Assembly (NCBI GenBank): GCA_050251875.1
Contig: JBFWMA010000008.1
Location: 57,909-121,908 of the forward strand
Length of the DNA stretch: 64,000 nucleotides
Reading direction: 5' to 3'
Source of the DNA: Deferribacterales bacterium
GTDB taxonomy: Bacteria > Chrysiogenota > Deferribacteres > Deferribacterales > Geovibrionaceae
Shown here: positions 49,640 through 59,005 of the stretch, piece by piece
How the letters are laid out: every line of letters begins with the position of its first letter
Numbering within the stretch: position 1 is the stretch's first letter
Notes under the pieces: model-generated
Told to the model about the DNA's origin: nothing
Seen by the model: the letters and a program-made list of their open reading frames with translations, nothing else
Database searches by the model: none
Translations under genes and position numbers: made by a program

Positions 49640-50980
49640 ATGCCCAATCTGGACAATCAGGCTTTCGATGTTTATGTGACATCTACTTTCGATATAGCAT
49701 ACGCTCTCTCCCGGGCGCTCGATCTTGTTAACCCGCTGATAAACAACCACCATCAGCGTGTCGCTTTCATTGCTGGCAGTCTGGCGCAGGAAGCGGGATA
49801 CTCCGAGGCGGAGACAGAGAATATCATTATAGCGTCCCTAATCCACGATATAGGCGTTGTCATGGAGGAAGAGTTCAACGAGCTCACCAACACTAAGTCA
49901 ACATCCGAATCGGAGTTCTGCCACGCCATAGTGGGAGCGCAGCTCATGTCCTGTCTTAAGCTGTTTCCGGAGACTCCGGAGCTGATCCGCTATCACCACT
50001 CCCCGTACGGCGGAGAGCACAACCCCATAGAACCCGGGAAAAAAGTGCCGGAAAAATCTATGGTGATTCATCTGGCGGACAGAGTGGACGTTCTGCTGAA
50101 AAGAGACACCCCCAGCCTCGACCAGAAGGCTGCTGTGATAGAAAATATCAATAAATTTGACGGTATAAAATTTCATCCGGAGCATGTCAAGGCATTCAAC
50201 AGGCTGGCTCAGCGTGAGTCTTTCTGGTTCGACATAGAAGAGCAGGAAAAATATAAACTGCTGAAATACAACTTCTGCTTTTCTCACCTGACGATGAACA
50301 TCGACAACATACTGGAGACGGCGAAACTGCTGAGCCGTATCATCGACTTCCGCTGTATTTTCACAGCAAACCACTCCGCCGGGGTGGCGGCCGTGGCGGA
50401 GGTGATAGCTAAACTCATGAAATATTCGGAAGACGAGGGAAAATCGCTGAAGGTCGCCGGATATCTGCACGATATTGGCAAGCTGGGGATTCCTTCCGCC
50501 ATATTATACAAACAGGGCAGATTGGACGAAGACGAGATTCAGCTTCTTAAAAAGCACCCCTACTTCACCTATTCTATCCTGAACACATTTCAGATCTTTG
50601 ACAAAATCAAGGACTGGGCGGCTTTTCACCACGAAAATCTGGACGGCACAGGCTATCCTTTCCACCTGAAAGAACACAAGCTGGACACAGGATGCCGGAT
50701 CATGGCTGTTTCCGATGTCTTCACCGCTCTGACAGAGGAACGTCCGTACAGAAGCTCTCTGCCCTATGATCAGGTGAAAGAGATAATGGACGACATGTGC
50801 AAAAGCAATAAGCTGGATAAGATGATAACTGAGCTGGTTCTTTCCAACTTCGACTATGTGAACGGGGTGAGATACCTGAGTCAGGCGGAAGAGATGGACG
50901 CTTTCAAAGCATTTAAGAATATAATATACGACAATGAAATATGCACAAAAAACAAAAGGTTCGTCAGTACCTTAGACTAA
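49640..50980 (+). CDS. Tandem HD / HD-GYP domain phosphohydrolase
   Basis: First LIHDIG domain (GYP degenerate); second YLHDIGK...HHENLDGTGYP. Confidence 0.88.
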   Translation: MPNLDNQAFDVYVTSTFDIAYALSRALDLVNPLINNHHQRVAFIAGSLAQEAGYSEAETENIIIASLIHDIGVVMEEEFNELTNTKSTSESEFCHAIVGAQLMSCLKLFPETPELIRYHHSPYGGEHNPIEPGKKVPEKSMVIHLADRVDVLLKRDTPSLDQKAAVIENINKFDGIKFHPEHVKAFNRLAQRESFWFDIEEQEKYKLLKYNFCFSHLTMNIDNILETAKLLSRIIDFRCIFTANHSAGVAAVAEVIAKLMKYSEDEGKSLKVAGYLHDIGKLGIPSAILYKQGRLDEDEIQLLKKHPYFTYSILNTFQIFDKIKDWAAFHHENLDGTGYPFHLKEHKLDTGCRIMAVSDVFTALTEERPYRSSLPYDQVKEIMDDMCKSNKLDKMITELVLSNFDYVNGVRYLSQAEEMDAFKAFKNIIYDNEICTKNKRFVSTLD

Positions 50981-51001
50981 CGAACCCTATATATTCTGTA
51001 A

Positions 51002-51211
51002 TCAGGCAGTTCTGTTGTCCTTATAGAATGTAAGGATGGATTCTTTTTTTCCGCCTTCGATCTGAACGGGGTGAACAGTCTTTTTCTCCTCTTTTTTCAG
51101 CTCGAAGTAGCACTTATAGATTGCTCCGCAGTTGTCGCAGCGGCATGATCCAGCCTCTTTGACGACTATCTTTTCCCCGCAATCACGGCATTTAAAAGAT
51201 TTCTTAGCCAT
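51002..51211 (-). CDS. Small Zn-ribbon protein (69 aa)
   Basis: CRDC...CRCDNC; GGAG SD. Confidence 0.65.
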   Translation of the reverse strand: MAKKSFKCRDCGEKIVVKEAGSCRCDNCGAIYKCYFELKKEEKKTVHPVQIEGGKKESILTFYKDNRTA

Positions 51212-51347
51212 TTTATTCTCCGGTTAATCACACAATGATGTACTTGACAGTCAATGTCACTTGATAATGAACCATAGCATAAATAAATTTAAATAAGTGT
51301 CAAATTATTGCAAAATTTGTTAAACAATGCGCTGTTTATAATAATAT

Positions 51348-52133
51348 TTATCGTCTGAAAACATCCATGCGGAAATTATCTATACAGGGTAGTTTCTTCC
51401 GGATTTCCGTTATTCTGTCCTTACTGATAAGGATGCTTATCACTTTCTCGTCCGTGCCGGCTGACGCCACACATTCACCGTATGGACCATACACGCCGGA
51501 ATGACCGGAAAAGCATCCTCCGCAGAGATCGGCGCAGGCGGCATACACTGTGTTTTCCAGAGCTCTCGCCTTCAGCAGTGTCGTCAGATGCTCCGCCTTC
51601 ATCTCTCCGTCATACCAGGCGGACGGGACAAGGAGAAGCTCAGCTCCCCTGAACACGGCGCTCCTGAAAACCTCCGGAAAACGCAGATCATAGCATATCG
51701 CCAGAGAGCACATAATGCCTTCCAGCTCGAAAACAGGAGGCAGGTCACTGCCCGCCAGCATATCATCCGACTCCTTCACAGCCAGAGCATCGAACAGGTG
51801 CAGTTTCCGATATTTAGCTGTCACCGCTCCGTGCTTATCATATACCACGGCGGTGTTGTATACCCTCTCGGTGCCGCTGTCTTCCCACAGACAGGCGCAC
51901 ACGGCGGTTTTGTGCCTGACGCATGCCTCGCGCAGAGCGGAGGCGAAAGCCCCGTTCTCCACGTCTTCCGCCAGATCCGAAAGACCGAGCGAATCTGTCT
52001 TTCCGCCCATAATCATCTCCGGAAAAAGTATCAGATCAGAAGTTTTTTTATTCTCTGACATCACCTTTATCATATTATCAAGGTTATCTTTTTTTGTGCT
52101 TTTCAGTGATGTCTGCGCCAGGGTCAGTCTCAT
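51348..52133 (-). CDS. Nitrilase/carbon-nitrogen hydrolase (Nit1/deaminated-glutathione amidase-like)
   Basis: LFPE, YRKLHLFD, ICYDLRFPE (Glu-Lys-Cys triad), ARALEN. Confidence 0.92.
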   Translation of the reverse strand: MRLTLAQTSLKSTKKDNLDNMIKVMSENKKTSDLILFPEMIMGGKTDSLGLSDLAEDVENGAFASALREACVRHKTAVCACLWEDSGTERVYNTAVVYDKHGAVTAKYRKLHLFDALAVKESDDMLAGSDLPPVFELEGIMCSLAICYDLRFPEVFRSAVFRGAELLLVPSAWYDGEMKAEHLTTLLKARALENTVYAACADLCGGCFSGHSGVYGPYGECVASAGTDEKVISILISKDRITEIRKKLPCIDNFRMDVFRR

Positions 52134-52213
52134 ACGCCACCAATATTCAAAGTCTGTGTTTGCATTATCACATAAAACCTGATAAAACCCTAGAAAAATC
52201 AGTGAGGTGTAGC

Positions 52214-52504
52214 ATGGGATGCTGCGGCGGTAACGATGATAACAAATGCGGATGCTCCGGCGAAAGCACAGAGCAGAACGGCGATATGATGACTTTTGCC
52301 TTCAACCTTGAGAAATCAATGTTCGAAGAGATCAATGAAGCGGCTAAGGCAAACGAAATGAGCTTCGAAGAGTTCATATACAACTGTCTTGAAGTGGGTC
52401 TGGCTATCACAAACGGCGAACTCGCCCTGATAGACACAGATCAGCTCAGCTGCGAAGACGACTGTGAAGATGACGATTGCGGATGCTGCGGCGGGGACAA
52501 ATAA
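52214..52504 (+). CDS. Small acidic protein with Cys-rich N- and C-termini and a ribbon-helix-helix-like core
   Basis: GAGGTG SD before ATG 52214; MGCCGG..CGC / TFAFNLEKSMFEEINEAAKANEMSFEEFI / CEDDCEDDDCGCCGG. Confidence 0.75.
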   Translation: MGCCGGNDDNKCGCSGESTEQNGDMMTFAFNLEKSMFEEINEAAKANEMSFEEFIYNCLEVGLAITNGELALIDTDQLSCEDDCEDDDCGCCGGDK

Positions 52505-55057
52505 TCAGGGAGTAACAATCTCTCTGAAGAGATTGACTGTTCTGGTTCTGATATCCGTCACTAATCTTAAAGGTCTTTTGGGGAATCTGAAATACCCGAT
52601 CACTTTTTCGAGTCCTTCGGGTTCCTCTATGGCTTTTCTTATCATATTCTGCGCTTTTGTTATGGTGTCGTCCAGATAGAAGTGCTCTTTATCCTCCAGC
52701 ACACATATGTAAATGATCTTCGATTCCACCACATCGTGGAAGAAGTGCGTTCCGTATGACAGCTCCGGCACAAGTCCTCTCTCTATGCGTCCGATCTCTA
52801 TGACAGCCTGCATTCCGTCTATCTGGGAAAATGTAACGGGGACTCCCAGAGCGGTTACGCTGGAGCCCCATCTGCCGTATCCCATCAGCAGACAGTGAAA
52901 TCCCTTCTCTTTTATCCTGTTGTTCAGGATTCCTATATAATCGGCGCACTCTCTCTTTTTTGCCGGAGGCAGTTTCACATATTCGTCCCAGTTCACATAG
53001 ACCACCGTGTCCAGAAGCAGAGAGCTGCTGCCGCCCAGAAAAGATCCTTTCGCCTGAAAGACGGTATATTCCTCGTTCTCCCCCGCTTTCTCGTCACGGG
53101 TGCTGATCTTCTGCACCTGAACAGGTCTGCACTGGAGGATGTTAACCAGATAGTTGGTCTCATCCTGAAAATTGACGGTGAACTCTATCTCCACCGGGCT
53201 CTTATATTCCTCTTCCAGCGCCTTCAGAATCTCCGACATGGTGCTGACAACTGACGTTTTGTTTATGATATGGTCGTAATCTATCATCCATGCCTGAATG
53301 GACGAGCCGGACGAGCGGAATATCATCTTCTCCATCTCTATATCACGGGAAGCGATAATCTTCATGGACGGCATGAAATCTGACGGCTTCAGATCAGAGG
53401 GCTTTATCTCTCTGATGTGGTTCGTCACTGTGTCTATAACGTCCAGATACCTCTGGCTGTAGAGTCTTTTGTTCTCTTTCCCAGGCATTGGGTCATCGTT
53501 CGGCCTGTTGATGGCTATCATGCGGGCATAGTCCGTGTTGCCCCTGCTGACAGCCCGGGTGCCGAGCCCAGCCACCAGACGCAGAAGCCCGGATTCCGCC
53601 TCTATCTTTTTATCCCAAATATACGAGTTATATGAATGACCGACTCCAGCCACATGAGGAAAAAAATAGTCCCCCTGATATACGCCGGAGACACGCTGAA
53701 TTATTATGGACATGATATCGGCTCTGCCGGACAGCTTGGACACCCTGCGGTAGCTGTCCACCTCTCTGTTGAACATGCTGGCGTATATGGATTTTACAAC
53801 ATCCGAAAGCTGAGTCAGCATGGCGGAGTCGTCTCCGGTGAGCACACAGAAACGGCTTTCGTATTTTCCGGCGAAGGAGCTCTCGAAGCTGTCCTCCATC
53901 AGACTGCTGGAACGGACGATGATCGGGAAATGTCCGTAATAGTCTATCAGGTCTTCCAGACGCTCGATAATCTCCGGAGGCATCTTTCCGTTTAATATCA
54001 GTCTGTGCAGTTTTCTTGTTTTGGCGCTTTCCGGGTCATCGGAATACACCTTGTATTCGTCCCATAATCCGTTATATATCAGATATGTATAGAATGCGTC
54101 AGACCCCAGAAAGAAGCTGTCGTCATATTCTCTGAAATGCTCTATATCCTGCGGGAGCTTCTGTCTGGCTATCTTTCTGGCGATGAGCATCCCCGCCGCC
54201 TTGCCGCCTATGAAGCCTGATCCGATGGTTCTTTTTCTGATTATCTTCATCTCGTCCAGCGTCAGAAATTTCGCCGCCAGATTCTGTATCCTTTCATCCA
54301 TGCCCATCAGAACCCGGCACAGCTTTTTAACCGCCTCCGCCGGATCGGCAGATTCGTCCCCCAGAAACAGACCGTCCAGACAGTTGAAATACTGCATATC
54401 GCTCCGTCTGTCCGGCGGATTCTGTATCTCGGAAGCGTCCAGAGTCCCCGTGGCGGGGCGCACTCCTTTCTTCAGCTCCATGATGTAAGGCTTATACATG
54501 GATGCCGACTGTCTGTCCTTCGCCTTTCTGGGCACCAGGCAGTATCTGCTCATGTTGTCGTGCATCACGCGCACCACAACGGAAGCCGCCTCGGTTATCT
54601 TCCTTACGGTGAACTGTCTGTGGCATTTTCTCTGCATAGCCGTGAAGGTGGTGACTTTTCTGTCGGTGGCGGTATCCAGCAGGATCTGATAAGCATAGCC
54701 TATCAGCCAGTCAGACCCCCAGAAGCCCATCAGGCTGGTGAGACAGTCTATTATGACTATATCGCCGACATTGACTTTTGATATGTAATCTGAACACTCT
54801 CTGACAAAATCCTCGAATCCTTTGAAAGGGTCAATGACGACAGTGCTGACGCCGACCGCAGATAGATCGAGTCTCTGGTTGAGCTCGCAGAAACTGATGA
54901 AATGGAAACGACCCTCGAACGATGACATATCGCTGAGCAGCTCCCCGGCTATCTGCCTGTAGCTGCTGGGGTCTTCCATCTGTAAGACGATATTGTCACC
55001 CTGCCTGAGTCCTCCGGCAAGAGTGACAATACCTGTTCCGGATAATTTTTTGTTCAA
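52505..55057 (-). CDS. PEP/pyruvate-binding (PPDK_N, ATP-grasp) domain protein with degenerate KaiC/RecA-like N-terminus
   Basis: IGGKAAG, PIIVRSSSLMEDS..SFAGKYES, GLGTRAV, PVEIEF, LQCRP; TTG start with GGAGGA SD. Confidence 0.85.
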   Translation of the reverse strand: MNKKLSGTGIVTLAGGLRQGDNIVLQMEDPSSYRQIAGELLSDMSSFEGRFHFISFCELNQRLDLSAVGVSTVVIDPFKGFEDFVRECSDYISKVNVGDIVIIDCLTSLMGFWGSDWLIGYAYQILLDTATDRKVTTFTAMQRKCHRQFTVRKITEAASVVVRVMHDNMSRYCLVPRKAKDRQSASMYKPYIMELKKGVRPATGTLDASEIQNPPDRRSDMQYFNCLDGLFLGDESADPAEAVKKLCRVLMGMDERIQNLAAKFLTLDEMKIIRKRTIGSGFIGGKAAGMLIARKIARQKLPQDIEHFREYDDSFFLGSDAFYTYLIYNGLWDEYKVYSDDPESAKTRKLHRLILNGKMPPEIIERLEDLIDYYGHFPIIVRSSSLMEDSFESSFAGKYESRFCVLTGDDSAMLTQLSDVVKSIYASMFNREVDSYRRVSKLSGRADIMSIIIQRVSGVYQGDYFFPHVAGVGHSYNSYIWDKKIEAESGLLRLVAGLGTRAVSRGNTDYARMIAINRPNDDPMPGKENKRLYSQRYLDVIDTVTNHIREIKPSDLKPSDFMPSMKIIASRDIEMEKMIFRSSGSSIQAWMIDYDHIINKTSVVSTMSEILKALEEEYKSPVEIEFTVNFQDETNYLVNILQCRPVQVQKISTRDEKAGENEEYTVFQAKGSFLGGSSSLLLDTVVYVNWDEYVKLPPAKKRECADYIGILNNRIKEKGFHCLLMGYGRWGSSVTALGVPVTFSQIDGMQAVIEIGRIERGLVPELSYGTHFFHDVVESKIIYICVLEDKEHFYLDDTITKAQNMIRKAIEEPEGLEKVIGYFRFPKRPLRLVTDIRTRTVNLFREIVTP

Positions 55058-55079
55058 CTATCCTCCGGTTACGAAAAAA

Positions 55080-55415
55080 TTATTCCCCGCAATTTTTAGT
55101 ATTAACGGTTTTCAGCTTTTCCACGTCTCCGGATACAATTTCAGAGTTTTTCATACCGGAAATCACTACATTGAGAATATCCGCAACGAAAGAACTCGAT
55201 TTGTCCAGACGATAGATTATCCATCTTCCGTCCTTACGGGATTTCACTAACCCCGCATTGCGCAGCACTTTCAAGTGTGATGAAATTGTCGACATGGAAA
55301 TGTTCAGCACAGCATTGATTTCGCACACGCAAAGCTCTCTAACAGCAAGCATACAGATGATGCGCAGCCTGTTGTTATCCCCAAGAGCTTTAAATACCTC
55401 AACCTCAAAGTTCAT
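55080..55415 (-). CDS. ArsR/SmtB-family transcriptional repressor
   Basis: FKALGDNNRLRI, ELCVCE metal(loid) box, ISSHLKVLRNAGLV..RKDGRWIIY. Confidence 0.93.
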   Translation of the reverse strand: MNFEVEVFKALGDNNRLRIICMLAVRELCVCEINAVLNISMSTISSHLKVLRNAGLVKSRKDGRWIIYRLDKSSSFVADILNVVISGMKNSEIVSGDVEKLKTVNTKNCGE

Positions 55416-55550
55416 AATCCCACCTACATATAAATAATGGCAGCGAGTTTATTATTAGTTAATTTGCTCGCTACTCTGTTACAACAGCATAACTCTAAAA
55501 ATTACAAAATGCAAATTTACAAAAAGATAAATTTTGTAAATTATGCGTAA

Positions 55551-55919
55551 TTACTCATAAATATCTGAAATTGCCTGAAGGAGCAGCTTTTTGTTGACTG
55601 GTTTAAAAACAACCGCGTTTACGTTATCCAGACTCTCGGTCTCGTTTCTGTAGGCGGTTGTGACAATAATAGGAACTTCTTTATTAATTTCGCGGATATG
55701 GCTAATCATCTCAAATCCGCTCATCTCGGGCATGGAAAGATCTGTGATAATAAGATCCGGAGACTCGGAGGAGAACTTCTCCAGCCCCTCACGGCCGTCA
55801 GCCGCAATCACTATGTTTCTGAAGTATTTAGAGATCATCCTGGAAGCCATTTCTCTTGTAATGTCATCGTCTTCAACATATAACACTTTGTAATTTTTCA
55901 GCTTCTCAATATCATCCAT
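55551..55919 (-). CDS. Single-domain response regulator
   Basis: LYVEDD, IITDLSMP, TTAY, FKPV. Confidence 0.9.
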   Translation of the reverse strand: MDDIEKLKNYKVLYVEDDDITREMASRMISKYFRNIVIAADGREGLEKFSSESPDLIITDLSMPEMSGFEMISHIREINKEVPIIVTTAYRNETESLDNVNAVVFKPVNKKLLLQAISDIYE

Positions 55920-56116
55920 TATGTAACCTTCAATACTGCATTGGTCTTATTATACATAAATTATACCAATAATAAAGAACGAATTGTTATTTTACAACCA
56001 AAGATTAGTTAAACGTTTAACTAATTTTATTGCAAAAGTACCCGTAGATACTGATACTAACTATTTACATTGAATTTATTATAGTCTAAAATTCTGAAAA
56101 ATTATTTAGGTTTGCA

Positions 56117-58624
56117 GTGATATTTAACAACATAAATTTCCAGACAATCTTTGAGGATATTCCTAATCCCGTTGTGCTTTTGGAAGGATGCACTCCCCTG
56201 CGCCTTAACGACGCGGCGAATCAGATGTGCTTTATGTTCAAACAGTTCGCCTCCGGAGACGGAGACATATCATGCAGCACCGTCAACATATACACCTTTC
56301 TCGGCGATGATATCGAGGCTTTCAGAAAGACAGACGATATAAAGATATCTTTCAGAAAAGAGTTCGTGACTCCCGCCGGAAGCATGTATTTCGACATAGT
56401 AATCAAGACTCTTTCAGACGATAAAAACCTCCTTCTGCTGGAATTCAATGATTCCACAGAGGAAGAAAAGCTGAAAAAGAGCTTCAACGAGCTTTCCAAA
56501 GGGGTTCTGTCTTCCATCGGAGACGCCTTTTTCGAATCTCTGGTTAAGCATCTTGTTCTGGCATGCAGCGCCGACCACGCCTTCATCTGCGAGTTCACCA
56601 ATGACACCAGGTCCAGAGTCAGAACCGTTGCCGCCTGCGCAGACGGCGAGATAGTGCCTAATTTCGAATTCGATCTGGAAAACACACCCTGCAATCTGGT
56701 TATCAACAGCGGCATGCAGCAGTTCGAATCCGGAATCATGGAAAAATTTCATCTGGATCACCTGGCAAAAGAGCTCGGCGTTCAGAGCTATTTCGGCATA
56801 CCGCTTATCGATTCCAAAGGAAACGTTCTGGGACCTATGGCGGTGATGGGCAGAAAACCCCTGGAAGACAGCGCCATGGCTATATCCATGCTGAAAATGT
56901 TCGCTTTCAGAGCCGCTGCGGAGCTGGAACGGAAACAGAGCGACAAAAAACTGCAAAACACCATACATTTTCTTCAGACCCTGATAGATTCTATCCCCAA
57001 CCCTATCTTTTACCGAGATACCAAAGGCAGACACCTCGGATGCAACACCAGCATGGAGAGACTGCTGGGCAAGAAGAAAGAGGACATCATAGGAAAAACC
57101 ATGGGCGAGATAACAGACGCAGACTGGTGCACCCAGTGCGTCCGCACAGACAGACAGCTTCTGCTGAAAGGCTCCATAGAACCCTATGAATCAAAAATAA
57201 CAACATCCGCCGGACAGGAGAAGAACGTTATCTTCACCAAGGCGATCTTCAACGACACAGACAACAACGTAAACGGAATTGTCGGAACCATTATAGACAT
57301 CACCGAAAGAAAGAAGGCAGAGGAGAAGGTGGAAAAACTCGCCTATTACGACACCCTCACCAACCTGCCCAACAGACAGCTTCTGAAAGACAGGATCAGC
57401 ATCATGATCCAGCAGGCCATCAGAGGCAACGAACAGCTTGCTATTCTGTTCATAGATCTGGACAGATTCAAAAATATCAACGACACGCTGGGACACTCGG
57501 CGGGAGACACTCTGCTGACTAATGTGGCGGAAATGCTGAAAGCACATGTCCGATCCTGCGACACAGTCGCCAGACTGGGCGGGGACGAGTTCGTTATCGC
57601 TCTCAGCAACATCACGGAAAACTCCGTGACCGGAGTAGCCGCAAAACTGCTGAATATGCTCTCCAGATCTCAGTTCGTCAACGGACACGAAGTATTTACC
57701 AGCCTCAGCATAGGCATCAGCATCTATCCCACAGACGGCAGAGACCCCGAGACACTGCTGAAAAACGCCGATGTGGCGATGTATCAGGCGAAAGAGCTGG
57801 GCAGAAACAACTATCAGTTCTTCTCAAAAGAAATGAATTATAAAGTGATGAACAGACTCTCTCTGGAAAAAGACCTCAGACACGCTGTGGACAGAGAGGA
57901 GTTTTTTCTCGAATATCAGCCCCAGGTGAACTCTATCACCGGCGAAATGTACGGTGTGGAGGCTCTTCTCAGATGGCTTCAGCCGGAGAAGGGACTAATT
58001 CCGCCTTCTATGTTCATTCAGCTTGCGGAAGAAACGGGACTGATATTGCAGATAGGCGAGTGGGTGCTTCTGAGAGCGTGCTTCCAGAACATGGAATGGA
58101 CCAGCAAGCTCAAAAAGGACATCATCACATCTGTTAACATCTCCGCTGTTCAGTTCAAACAGAAGAGCTTTATCAATAACATAAAAAACATTTTAAAGAT
58201 AACAGGGGTCAGACCGGAAAATCTGGAGCTGGAGCTCACCGAGAGCGTCCTTATGACCAATGTTACCGAAACCACCAAAACCCTGAACAAACTGAAAGAT
58301 ATAGGCGTCAGTCTGGCTATAGACGATTTCGGAACCGGATACTCATCTCTGAACTATCTGCGTCACTTCCCCATAGACAGGCTGAAGATAGATAAGTCAT
58401 TCATCCGCAATATCAAATATGACTCAGACAATGCCGCCATCACCAGAGCGATAATAGCGATGGCTGAGAGCCTCAGGATGAAAGTTGTGGCAGAGGGCGT
58501 GGAATCCCACGAAGAACTGGAAGTTCTGAAGAACTTTAACTGTTCGGATATTCAGGGATTTCTGTTTTCTAAGCCCGCTCCCCCGAACATAATAGAAGAT
58601 TTCTTAGCTAAGAAGAAAAAATGA
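56117..58624 (+). CDS. PAS-GAF-PAS-GGDEF-EAL diguanylate cyclase/phosphodiesterase
   Basis: ENTPC GAF, SIPNPIF PAS, RSCD I-site plus GGDEF, VEALLRW, DDFGTGYSS. Confidence 0.95.
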   Translation: MIFNNINFQTIFEDIPNPVVLLEGCTPLRLNDAANQMCFMFKQFASGDGDISCSTVNIYTFLGDDIEAFRKTDDIKISFRKEFVTPAGSMYFDIVIKTLSDDKNLLLLEFNDSTEEEKLKKSFNELSKGVLSSIGDAFFESLVKHLVLACSADHAFICEFTNDTRSRVRTVAACADGEIVPNFEFDLENTPCNLVINSGMQQFESGIMEKFHLDHLAKELGVQSYFGIPLIDSKGNVLGPMAVMGRKPLEDSAMAISMLKMFAFRAAAELERKQSDKKLQNTIHFLQTLIDSIPNPIFYRDTKGRHLGCNTSMERLLGKKKEDIIGKTMGEITDADWCTQCVRTDRQLLLKGSIEPYESKITTSAGQEKNVIFTKAIFNDTDNNVNGIVGTIIDITERKKAEEKVEKLAYYDTLTNLPNRQLLKDRISIMIQQAIRGNEQLAILFIDLDRFKNINDTLGHSAGDTLLTNVAEMLKAHVRSCDTVARLGGDEFVIALSNITENSVTGVAAKLLNMLSRSQFVNGHEVFTSLSIGISIYPTDGRDPETLLKNADVAMYQAKELGRNNYQFFSKEMNYKVMNRLSLEKDLRHAVDREEFFLEYQPQVNSITGEMYGVEALLRWLQPEKGLIPPSMFIQLAEETGLILQIGEWVLLRACFQNMEWTSKLKKDIITSVNISAVQFKQKSFINNIKNILKITGVRPENLELELTESVLMTNVTETTKTLNKLKDIGVSLAIDDFGTGYSSLNYLRHFPIDRLKIDKSFIRNIKYDSDNAAITRAIIAMAESLRMKVVAEGVESHEELEVLKNFNCSDIQGFLFSKPAPPNIIEDFLAKKKK

Positions 58625-59005
58625 CCCCTTAGTTAAAAATATCTTTTTTCTTCTGATAACAGTATGGTAACCAAATAATTAACATCTGTTTACTTTATAT
58701 TAAATAATTTTCACTTAAGTTATTAATAGCAATAATATTAGAATCAACTAACCCTGATTTACATTCCAAAGACTACTCTTTCTATCTGTGAATATAATAA
58801 CTATTATCATGTAGAGTTGTATTAAATATTAGTTTATTCAAATTCCTAATTAAACAGCACATATCTTTTTTCTGATTTACTACCAGCATATTACAACATT
58901 CTTATAATAATTTGCTGTTTAATTTTTGTTTCTCTTGTTTTCCATATTCAAATGTGCAAAACTTATGAAAAAGACAAGATCGGTATAATTCAAAAGGAGA
59001 TCGAA

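Noticed and set aside
52505..55057. Calling the 850 aa protein ppsA or ppdK
   Set aside because: No C-terminal PEP/pyruvate barrel and no canonical GGxTSH motif
55483..55500. TTTTAGAGTTATGCTGTT (minus strand), 17/18 match to part of the S. pyogenes type II CRISPR repeat
   Set aside because: Single partial copy with no spacers, cas genes or tracrRNA-like downstream stems; most likely chance in AT-rich DNA
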